Shown: positions 45,961 to 59,290 of the stretch, in pieces
Numbering within the stretch: position 1 is the first letter of the stretch
How the letters are laid out: the number at the start of each line of letters is the position of its first letter
Notes under the pieces: model-generated
Told to the model about the DNA's origin: nothing
Database searches by the model: none
Seen by the model: only the letters and a program-made list of their open reading frames with translations
Assembly: GCF_009914755.1 (NCBI RefSeq)
Contig: NC_060939.1
DNA length: 64,000 bases
From: the human T2T-CHM13v2.0 reference genome, Homo sapiens
Strand: one strand, 5' to 3'
Made by a program: the position numbers and the translations under genes

Positions 45961-46959
45961 GTGGCAAAAAGGCCCAAGATGAGCATAAAAACTTTAACAG
46001 TATGTAATCATTTAAGGAAAATTGAAAGATAAAATAAAATAGACAAAATTAGCCAAGGTAAAATGTCTAAAAATCAGCAAGAGACAAGTCCCAACAGACT
46101 ATTTTTTCACTCAGCAAATTATTCAACAAATATTTGAGTTCCTATATACTCTGCATTCCAGATAGAGCAAAACATAGGAGACATCATCCCTACCTTCATG
46201 GAGCTTAACACCTAGCAAAGACGTTCCAGAATACATAATCCTTAACAAGATGTAGTTAAAAAAAAAAAAAAAAAGATGTAGTAAATACATCATAAAATTC
46301 AGTGGTATCCAGTATCACCACATGCAGGGTTAGTAATTGAGGGCTACCACCTCAACTTAAAAGTTTCTTTTGATTCTCTTAGGAATAAATCTGGAAAGTA
46401 ATAGAAGCAACTTCAATGCCTATACTCAATATGAAAACTTAGTGGGAGCAATCTCTAAGATGCTCGGTTTCAAACTATGAAACACTTTGCTAGGAGCCAG
46501 GGGTAACAACAGAATCCAAGTTTATATAAACCTAATTAACAAATGCTATGGATATTATTCAATAAATAGGAATTGTCTCATTTTTATATAAAGCCCACAA
46601 CAATCACAGGAAAGAAAAAAAGTTCTGGTACCAGCTTTAAAGATGAAGCAAGTACTGTTATTTGCATTCATTTACCAAATAAATCAGAGGCATCATTATT
46701 AGGAAAAGGACTCCAATCCACATCATTCAATTATGTGTTCCTTTCATTAAGGGAATGAAAGTAAAAGCCTAGATCAGAAATAACATAACTATGTTAAAAC
46801 CTATCCAGCTTCATTCTCCTCTTCAAAAAACTGCCCAATTATCTCAATAATTTTAAAAAATTCATTAATTTCATGAAAAATCAGACTGTCTTTTTCACAG
46901 AGCATTAAGGAGAGTAGAAAGGTATATATATTGGTACGCATATACCAATATGTGTACCT

Positions 46960-47264
46960 GGACTAGGGTTATCACAATTATTTATTAAAATTGCAAACGC
47001 TACTCTCTTAGGCCCATAAATTCCACCTAAAAACTTATAGATATATTCACACACATGAAACAAAATATGTACCAGGACATTCATGGTAATAGCAAAAGAT
47101 TGGGTACAACCTAAATGCTCCTCAGTAGGGCAGTGGTTAAATAAATAATATATACATATAATGGACTACTACACAACAATTAAAAATGAGAAAGCTCTTT
47201 ACTAAAAATGAAATGACCTTCAGGATACATTATACAAAAAAGGCAAGCGATAGAACACTGTGCA

Positions 47265-47305
<41 letters not shown>

Positions 47306-47478
47306 CGCGTGAGCTTTTGTAGACATAAAGTATTTCTAGAAGGATACATAAGAAATTGACAATATTGGTTGGGTTGGAGGGGGAAGGAAACTGAGTAGGA
47401 TAGGAAGAGGATATACCTATGAACATTGTGAATTTTGAACCAAGTGACTGTGTTGCCCATTCAATAAACAAAAATTAA
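46960..47478 (+). mobile_element. L1MC/ME 3' fragment
   Basis: aatagcaaaagattgggtacaacctaaatg...ggttaaataaa... ending ccattcaataaacaaaaatt. Confidence 0.7.
47267..47311. repeat. (GT)15(GC)6 compound microsatellite
   Basis: Read directly from the sequence. Confidence 0.98.
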
Positions 47479-50400
47479 CATCAACATCAACAATGGCAAA
47501 ATCCTCTAAATCTTTGCCCTTAGCAAGTTTGGCAGGAAACTGCTTTCTAAACCAAGTTAAATTTTTCCCCTCTTTAAGAGAGAGGAAAAATACAAGAGAA
47601 AAATTCTAATTAGCTCTGATCTACATATTACTGCCTGAAGTGCTGTTATAACTAGAGTCACGAGGTTTCAAAACTAGCAAAATACTGCCACATAAACATA
47701 TGGAATTACACAAAAGAGAAACAAATACTGAGGACCAGTTACATTCTTCACTCTTTTTTGCCCTTGATAAACTTAAATAAAAAACACCAATAGCCATAAC
47801 AGCAAGTTTAAAGGCAGACTCTAGTTTCCAGAATTCTTTTAAGGGTAACCTGCACATGGTTAGGTTAATTAAGTTAAAAAACAGATCTATTTGCCAGTTT
47901 TTCTTCATAGATCATCTTTTGGCTATTCATTTTAGGAACCATGAGAAAAAGAAATTGCTGACCAACAGCATGTCTTTCAAAGTATATTTAAACACTACGT
48001 AAATGTAAAAAATTAAAATGAAGAATTTTTAAAATGTTTATTAGTCATCAATAAGTCAGCATTACTTAGTAAGTATCAGCCCCACAACTGCTCTGAAAAG
48101 TAGTAAATACATGAAATGTGTACATTCAGAAGATCTTTAATATTAAGAGTTGGGATATAAAAGCCAGTCCTAGGAAGGAAATAGTTAGAATACCGTACCT
48201 CGTGCTACCTGCAAAGTATCACATCTGGGAGATAATTTTAAAAGTCATTAATTAAAGAAATCAATAATAAAAAACTTGGATACAATCACATTTGGGATTA
48301 AGAAAAAAAGAAAAAGAAAAAACAGCTGGAAAAAAAAGCTTAAACAACTACCACTATTCTTGATTTGATCCTCCTCAGACTTCACCCCTGCATCTGAATA
48401 ATGAAGCACTGAACCACCGCAGACATAGTAAAGTATATTTAATTGAAATACACAGCTTTCCTGGTTCCAGCTGATAAACATTAAATATTTTCTTAAATAG
48501 AGAGAGGAAGGAGAGTAAGAGTTAAACAATACATGGAGATGGTCTTTTATAGGTCTTACTTATTTCCATGTATTAAACTGCATGTATATCCAAGAGATTG
48601 CTGATGTGATTTTCTAGTTTAATAGTCACATATCAACTGTAAGGCAGATCTAGAAATAAATGCAAACACCAGAAGTGGTTTTGAAATCTGTAGACATCAA
48701 TGTTTATTTAGCTTCTCTGAACTATCTCTACAATCAAAATCTGAAATCATAAAATTGAGAACCTAATCAGAGCCAGGATTCCAAATTTGCTAAAGTCTTT
48801 TCAGATGAAGCATGGAATAAGATGACCGACCAACTATCCGGTGACCATTAAAGAAACTGCTATGCTATTGTGGAAACATTGGTTAAAATGAATTATATAT
48901 TTCTTTGGTCATGGATTTAATATTTTATGGTCAATTACAGAAAAGTAGACTTTTCTGATGTTGTTGCTAAAGAAATTGAAAATTATGATGTTACTCTGAA
49001 ATATTTCCTATTCTGATAGTTGTATTACATTAATAGTTTAATATCCTTAATTTCCCAATTTAAAGCACCAGAGGGACCAGAAAGTAATGTTAAAAAGAAT
49101 GAATTAAAAAAAAGCAGTCAAGCAAAGAGGTAAGAGTGGCCGAGCAAAGATAATAATAGTAAATATAAACAAAAAATTAAACTGAGAAGAATATTAAAAA
49201 GTGATATAAGCCACAGTCTCTGCCCTCAAGAAGCTTATATATAGCTGGAGAAAAGATACATGAATAGAGAATTAATAATACAAAACAGTAAATGAAAAGA
49301 ACAAAAATATTTTTACAGAACAAAACATTAAGACATCACTCTGAGTAGCTCTACAAACAGTACAGAAGAAAAGAAAATATTTTGGAAAGAGAAGGCTAAT
49401 TTATAAAAATTTTAAAAAATATATGGCCATTTCAAATTATAAAAACCATTTGTTGATCTATACAAGTAAGAAATATTCCTAGCTGATCGAGATCTCATCA
49501 TAAAAAATGCATCTTACTAGGCATGTATTTCTAACAATGACTAGCTGTGGGATTTTAAACAAGATTCCTAATTTCTCTGGATCTCAGTTCCCTCATTAGT
49601 AAATAAGAGACTGAGACTTCTTTGCATGCCTATTTTTCCAAAACTGAGCTCTTGGAATGTGGTTGTGCCTAAAGTTAGGATAATGGAAAAACAGAAGAAC
49701 TGAGAAGGTTCAGTTTGACTCCATCCTGCTGTGTTAAATAAATGAAATATGGTCTCACTTTTTATAAAGTAGGTTATTAAAGAAATCACTATAAATAAAA
49801 GCTAGAAATGACCTTTAATTCTGAAATACCAGAAAATTAGAAAACTATCATTTAAACATAATCTAAAGTTTTTAAAAAATCCACACAAAAGCACAAAGAT
49901 TCTATTTTTTTCTTCTTGACCATTTTAGTTTGTTGCTGCTACATTATAGTCAATGTACAGAAGAAAAAAAATTACACTGAAACTTCATGATTACAAACTC
50001 ATCAAGATCTATTCTGACATTAGTTAGAGGTGAAACTTCCTTAAAACAAGGTCCTATGATTAATTAGGTGCAAGACAAAGTGACTTGAGATTGAATTCCA
50101 CTTGCCAGTAACAAAGTGTATTATAAGTAACAATGCATTTATTCAGTTGTCAAACATTCATCAAATACAAAGTTATAGAATAGTAAATGTTAAGAAAAAT
50201 AATCTATGAAAAATAGGCAGTAAAACACTGGCTTTTCTTTTCATTTTTATAATATTTTCTTTCCATGGAAACCACTAACATTTTCTGCTCTAAAAATGAA
50301 CACAACATGAGACTTTCAAAAACAAAACAAAAACAAATACATTTGCAAATTATGACAATAGACATTTAGCAGTAGCATATTTTATTATATGTACAAAGAC

Positions 50401-51684
50401 AAGACTTCTTAATTATGGGTTTTATTCTTCATACAAACTGAAATGATTATTTTAGTTTTTACTATACCCTATGCATATCATTAATGAAAGTGGAGGGAAA
50501 AAACCCTAGAGGTTTACTGCTAGATTAAAATGTACAATTAATACAATAACTATATATCAAAGTATAACATTATCTGAATTACATAAAATTTCAAATAAAT
50601 CATTTTTTAGATTTTTTTGCTGTTGTTTTCTTAATGAATATTTGAGGGGAGTGGATTTTCTCTTAAATATTAACTTGGAGTTGTTGCACTTTGTTATACA
50701 ACACGAAATATTTTTTGAAGTAAAAAAATGAATTATAATACAAAGTGTTAAGAGGTATACTACAAACATAGGTACTGCAAAGGCTGCATGGTATCAGTGT
50801 ACTCCATCAACACAGCATATTCATTCATTAGAGTGGTGCCATCATACACATGGATAGTATGATGCATTGGTTCCTGGTAGATGTATTACTTTTATAGGTC
50901 AGACCAGTGTAATATTTTAAAAACCTACAGTACCCAGTGATTTCATTCATTTACAGATTTCATTTCCTTGTCACAGCCTAAAATTAGTTCTTCTAAACAT
51001 GCATAGTGATTCATTTTCTATCTCTAAAATGTTTTCACTGGCCAACTAACCAATTGTTTAAATTGGTGTGACTACATGGATTTTCTTCAATTTCACATTC
51101 TCACTTCTTATCCAGCCATCGTAGGGTTCAGCAAAAAGAAAATTAGTGATAATGCTTTCAATTTAATTAGTATATTACATGCACTGTAATTATTAGCGGG
51201 AAATGTTATTTTAATGAATGTAAAAGTTAGCAGTAAATTACCCTGTAGCTATTATCAATTTCCCAAGCTACTGCTCCTTAAGATAACCCTCTCCCTATGG
51301 TCCTTCCGGTAATTTTTCTTTGCCTGATAAACATGATGATTAAATAGCACACAGAGCAAACCTCTGATACTTTTAAAATTAAATCCATGCCCAGCCTAAG
51401 GGCTGTGTCTGATTTCAACTAAATGTGTCAGTTAATCAGATAAAAAATTATCAGTAACTCAAAGAAACAGCAGCCTTAGGCTTCATCAGTGCCACAGAAA
51501 GCTGAACAAAATAAGACATTCAGACAGTATCACATTATGTGTAAAGGTTACTGATAAGCCTATAACTAAATACAACTGCTTACCACTGTAACAATGTTTA
51601 GGAAGAAATGCTATATTCAACATTCAAATTATCTTTAAAATTTTAAAGAAAAAAATGTAAAGAAAACACTAGGAATACTTTACC

Positions 51685-51698
51685 CATACACACATACC

Positions 51699-51740
<42 letters not shown>
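51685..51740. repeat. (CA)n microsatellite
   Basis: Imperfect start followed by a pure CA run. Confidence 0.97.
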
Positions 51741-51742
<2 letters not shown>

Positions 51743-54049
51743 GATTGTAAAAATATGCAGTGGATTTGGGAAATGGAATTCTTAAAGCTATATTCTCAGT
51801 GAGGTTTTACTGAAAAGAACTTAATACTATCAACACTATTTCTAATAGAATATTTCAACAATTATACAAAGTAAACCATATATTTAATGGTTAAGAGAAG
51901 GTATGTATGAATTCAATATCATTAATCTGCACAGTTCTACCTAGGGCCTCAGAGGAACTCAATGCAATTTCATCCGTTAAAACCAAATCTGGGGTGGTCT
52001 AAAACTATAACAAGATACTAAATTAATTAAGAAAGGAGATCATTTTTAACCTGCAACAATGAGCACCAATAGTCATTTGCAATATTACCAGTTAAAATAA
52101 TACATATTATCAAGTGCCTGATTATTTTAATAAGAGGATTTAGAAGCTCCTACAATTATTAGATAGATAGGCTGGCAACCCCTTAAACTTTAAGAGCATA
52201 TTATGATTTTCAAAGCATTCTCAGATTCCTAATTAAGATTGCTTTAACTACAGAAGAAGGCTATTTTATAAACTGATATATTAGTAACAACTGCAAGAAA
52301 GAAACTAAATCTGAAAAGAACAGAAAATTATCTTTGAAAGACATAATGGGCAGTAGCTATGAAAAATCCATTTATAAAGCAGAACAGGAGTCTCAAACCT
52401 TCTGACAAAGAAAATTTCAAATTAACACTCCATCATCTTTATATTCTTCTCTTCTACTGTGACCAGATAATGTATTCAACTGTAACAAGATTCTCATTCT
52501 TTTTCACTGAGTGCAACTTTTCAATAAGTAGACCTGTGTGACCAGAGGAAAACTGGGCCAATTCTATACAAATATAAGCTAAATATCACAGACCCATATA
52601 AATTAAAGGAGTCCAACAATTTAAAATTTACTGTCTACCTATGAGTATAGGATCATCCCACTGAATCTTAAAGTTTTGATTCTCGACACATTGAAAAGTG
52701 TATTGTAGACCCTCTGAAATAACTATTTTTAGTCAAGAATTAATCTGAAGTGCAGAGAAGTGGTTTTGCTTTTCCAGCTTGCTACAAGCAGCAACATGTA
52801 CCTTTTAGGAAATGCTTTTGATGATAAGAATCCATCAAGCACTAACCCTGGTTAAAGTTAGGTTAAGACTCCTCCTCCAAGACTTCTACAAATTTCAGAG
52901 TTCACCAAAGAGCAACTACAAAATATCATAGGGTTACAGGATGAAATTCAAACTGGTCACCAAGAGGTGACTTAATCTAGCTGCCTCTTGCGATCCCCAG
53001 GGCTTTCTGGTCTCCTCTCACATCACAGGGTTTAATTGTTAATGCCTGCTCCCTTTGACCCCTACAGGTCTCATGTTAATGATCACTACACTCTCTCTCT
53101 TAACTCTTTACAACTTCAAATCTATGCAAGACTGTTAACAGATTATTTAAATAAAAAGCACGATTTACACATATTAAAAATTCTAATTGAAAAGAACATT
53201 ATCAAAAGCATTTCGATTAGACAATATAATTACAATACTAGGACCCATTCTCTAGGTTAACTAAAAAGAAAACAAGAATGTAAGTTATTTGTTTAAAAAT
53301 ATATTTATTATTGAATTACAATTACAATTTACTATATTTTCAAGTGTATCTTTCTGAGTAGTGAAAACATTATGCTTTGTTTAAAAAAGTACTATAATAA
53401 TACAATTTATTTTGGCATGCATTAACTGAAGTAAGTCAATATTAAACTTTGAAAAAAAACAAAATAAAAGTTTATATTGAAAAACTTTCTGATTTTATAG
53501 TACTAATCTAATTTTTCCCCTGGGATGGGTTTGAGACACAAGAAAACTTTATAACCACAACAGTTAAATAAAAATTCTAACATTAGGTAGATGATTATTT
53601 GCAGCCAAATATATAAGCACTTTACAAGCTCAAATATTTATAAAACAGTTGCCTACAGACAATTCTTTAAGAAAATCCTATGTAAGGATGACCTTCATCA
53701 GAGACCTGATGATGATTTTTAAAACTGAATTTCACCAAAACAAGCTTTCCAATATTTAATAAACTAATGTTAGCTCTCATGCAGTGATGAAGTATAAACA
53801 TCCACAATTAAATCTTAAGGCTATGTAGGTTTCTATCCCATACCAGCTATATAAATAGGAAATAGATTTGTGGGCTTTTACACAGAATGGCCTTTAAAAC
53901 ATAGTAGTTTAACATTTTTATCCATGAATAAAATGTTTGCTATTTTAAACAAGCTCAATAATATTTTACATAAAGCATACTAATATTTAATTTAATAATT
54001 CCACTAACATAATTTAGTAGCAGAAATTAAATCATCTTATAATTAAGGT

Positions 54050-55170
54050 TGGATATATAGTCTTTAAAATATAATTTTTAAGTAAGAAAAGAATTAAGAA
54101 TTTATCCTGTCTTTCTCATATAAACTTATTTTGGGTAACCACTGAGTAACCAGATAATAGGAAGAGCATCTCTTTTTATGGAATATTTCAGCTAATAAAT
54201 GAAACAGGAATGATAGAATTGTAATATCACCATTTACAAAAAAGATAATCAGAAATATAAATAGTATATGTTTCCTGATGGAAGAACATACAACCATATG
54301 TGGGGTATTCTTTAAAAAAAAAAATCAAACCTGAATTTGATCAAACTTCCAGATCTGTGTTGTCCAACAGAACTTTTTGTAATGATGGAAATGCTCTATC
54401 TGTGTTATGTAACAAGATAACTACTACCCACATGTGACTACTGAACATTTGAAATGTGGCTAGTTAGACTGAGGAACTAATTTTTAAATGTTATTTAATT
54501 TTAACAAATTAGAATTTAAATTTATATACCAGTATGTGGTATACCGCATTCTACAGCAGAGCTTTAGACCCAACTACCAAGTTACAGGAAATCATAAAGA
54601 ACAAAGCAACACATTGCCCTGCACTGTGGGGATTTCAACAGTCTGTCAAAAACTCTACTGGACAAGTAACCTGTTTTATTGAAAAAGGATTTTAGAAGAA
54701 GGAAAGAGGAAGAGAAAAGATTACAGAAGATTATAGATTACAAAAGACTTGAAAGACATATTAACCAATTGCAATACATGAAACTTCTTTGGATCTTGAT
54801 TCAAACAAAAAAATTGTAAAAACAAAAACAAACAAAACAATGTGAGATATCTGTAAAACAATTTAAAATTTGAATATTGACTGGATATGTAATGAAGAGA
54901 TTACTGTAAATTGTTTTAATGCATGATTATGGTGTAATTATTATGTTAAAAAAGGAAATCTTATCACTTAGAGATAGATGCTGAAATATTTGCAAATGAA
55001 ATATAAGACCTGGGATTTGCTTCGAAAGAATAATAGAAGGAGGGAAGTAAATGGATATATAAATGAAACAAGATGGGTTATAACTTAATTGTAGCTGGCT
55101 AATAAGTACCTGGGGGCTATTTTATTAACCTTCTTTTAAAAGTGTTTATAACTTTTTAAAATATTAAAAT
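54050..55170 (+). mobile_element. L1MC-type 3' UTR fragment containing MER3 (about 54355-54560)
   Basis: MER3: ttgtccaacagaactttttgtaatgatggaaatgctctat...ttgaaatgtggctag. L1MC: tttgaatattgactggata...cttagagatagatgctgaaatattt. Confidence 0.75.
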
Positions 55171-55759
55171 CAAATAATAAAAGGCTATAAAAGAAAATAA
55201 GGTAGGATTTCAATATGGTAGATTTATTATTTGGCAAATCCTAAATTCCCTAAAGCAATGATAAACCTGGATAAACAACTATCTCAAGGATCTGGAAACT
55301 GACCAAAGGTATAAACCAAATTAAGAAGTTATTAATGAAAAATGACTGAGCTTTGAGAGTCTGTGGCATCCTTGCCTGGAGCCACTCCCATAACAAGGTG
55401 GGGCAAGCTGTGAAAAATAGCAGTTTTACTGCCAGAGAGGGTTGACTAGATTTGAAGTGGGACCAGAAAAATCCCCACACCCAGCAGCATTGTCTGTAAC
55501 AACTGTGATCTCCTGGCAAACGAACTGAAAAAACCAGTGACTCATCTAGCCTGAGGCTGCAGTACTAGCTGGGTGAAGCGATATATGTTCAGACTATACA
55601 AGAATTTAACAGGTAGGCTGAAAAATGAGATAGCATAAAATAAGTTGATAACCACCACATACATTATGTTGGAGTCACCAGAAAGGTCAAGCTAGCCTCA
55701 AATCCTCCCTGACCTGAGGCTGTGCAGAGAAGACACAAGAGAGTAAAGTGGGAAAACTT

Positions 55760-57510
<1,751 letters not shown>

Positions 57511-57585
57511 TAAATAACAATGAATAAGAGGTAGGGAAATAGTGATGGAACAAGTTTAGCAATATATTGATAATTTTTACATCTG

Positions 57586-58146
57586 AGTATATTAGCAACC
57601 TATTGCTGCACAAGAAACTACGCTAAAATGTGTTAGCTTAAAACAAATACTTATTAATTCACAGATTCTGTGCTTTAGGAATCCAAGTGCAGTGTAGCTG
57701 GATATCTCTGGTGCAAGACTCTCATGAAGTTGCAGTCATGCTGTCAGCCAGGGCAATGATCTCATCTGAAGATTCAACTGGGATAAGATGCACTTCTAAT
57801 GTCATTTATATGGCCGTTGGCAGAATTCAGTTCCTTGTGGTCTGTTGGAATGAGGATGCTCAGTGGCAGTTAGCCAGAGGCCTCCCTCAGTTTCTTGCCA
57901 TGTGGACCCCTCCATCGGGAAGCTTACAATATGGCAGCTATTTCCCTCAAGGTGAGTGGGCAAGAGAGCAGGAGAGAATGCATACAAGACAAAGAAACAC
58001 TTTTTTGTAACCTAATCTCAGAGTGGAATTTCATCACATCTTCTGTAAGTCTCGGGTCTAGCCCACATGCAAAGGGAAATTACAAAAGGGCATGAATACC
58101 AGGAAGCAGAGATCACTGGGGACCAACTTAGAAGCCACCTATCACA
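57586..58146 (-). mobile_element. MLT1E/F/G-type MaLR solo LTR
   Basis: tattgctgca...gcttaaaacaa...cacagattctgtg...ggcagaattcagttccttgtgg...ggcatgaataccaggaagca...cctatcaca. Confidence 0.8.
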
Positions 58147-58344
58147 ATTGGATTAGTTATATTATTCCTTCCACTTTTGTGTATATTTGAAACCTTTCAT
58201 AATAAAACGTTTAAATAGAAAGAGAAAATACTATTCTATTTGCAGAAACTAAAAGCAAGAAAGCATTTCTTACATTTAACAAAATTTAGCAAGTTTTTTA
58301 GAAAGTAGCAAAATAATAAAAATGTCACTAAATGAAAAAAAAAT

Positions 58345-58540
58345 TAACATTTATTGACTACTTACCACATCCCAGATACTGTTCTAAACATTTAACATGT
58401 TTAATTAATGTAATTTAATTCTTCCAACAATTCTCTGTGGTAGATACCACGATTATCCTAATTTTAAAAATGAGAAAACTGAGGCATGGATAGGTAAAAT
58501 TGTCCAGGATCACACAGCTAGTAAATAGCAGAGCCAAAAA
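58345..58540 (-). mobile_element. MIR
   Basis: attttaaaaatgagaaaactgaggcat...tccaggatcacacagctagtaaatagcagagcc. Confidence 0.8.
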
Positions 58541-59290
58541 GTTCCATGGGTGGTAGAGAGAGAAGTGAGAGTTAGAAGGCACATGGGGAATACATCAGAA
58601 ATTTAGAATGAGAAAACCTTTGTGAAGGTGATTGAGATCTTTTGTGTTGCCATGTGTTGTTTTATTAATGTTTAAATCATTACTACACAAATTGTATGTG
58701 AGGATATGTTATCATGTCAAAACAACTAAATTGACTCACTTTCCTTTGCCAAGATAGGGTCATTAGAAAGTCAAGTTTATTCTACGGTTCACCCCTTGCT
58801 CAAAACATCAGCATGGATTATCTTCTGATATGAGCAATCTTTAACAGCTAATCTAATTTTCTCATTGATATATATCATAAATGTAGCCAGCTGTTTGTTT
58901 CAATTATCCATTGTTCTTCCACCAAATCACATGCCTTCATTAGTCACTGATCAGTTGGCAAGGTAAAACTTCCTTGCCCATGCTTTATTTTCCCTGTGTC
59001 AAAGTCAAATGCTGAAAAATAACTTGTTTGGATATAATACTTTGAGTTTATATTCTCACATACATTACCTCATTTGCTCCTTCCCACAATGAGCCTGTGA
59101 CAAGCTTGACAGTTTACCATTGTATGCGATATTTGGATTATGGTGATATGATGAGTATGCGGTAAACTCAAAGCTCACACCCAAACTTCTGCTTCTTAAG
59201 CCAGGACTCTTCCTTCCCTGTACCCACTATCTTCCTCCAAATGGGTTCTGGACTTTAGAATGCCAGAAATTACTAACTAGCTTAAGTAGT

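Noticed and set aside
48199-48325. Possible cryptic minus-strand exon (donor GAG|gtacgg; acceptors at 48224 or 48325)
   Set aside because: Ambiguous acceptor and AT-rich body. Such site pairs are common in long introns.
48938-48957. 8-9 bp palindromes (here, and at about 31699 and 39776)
   Set aside because: Several stems of this length are expected by chance in 64 kb of AT-rich DNA.
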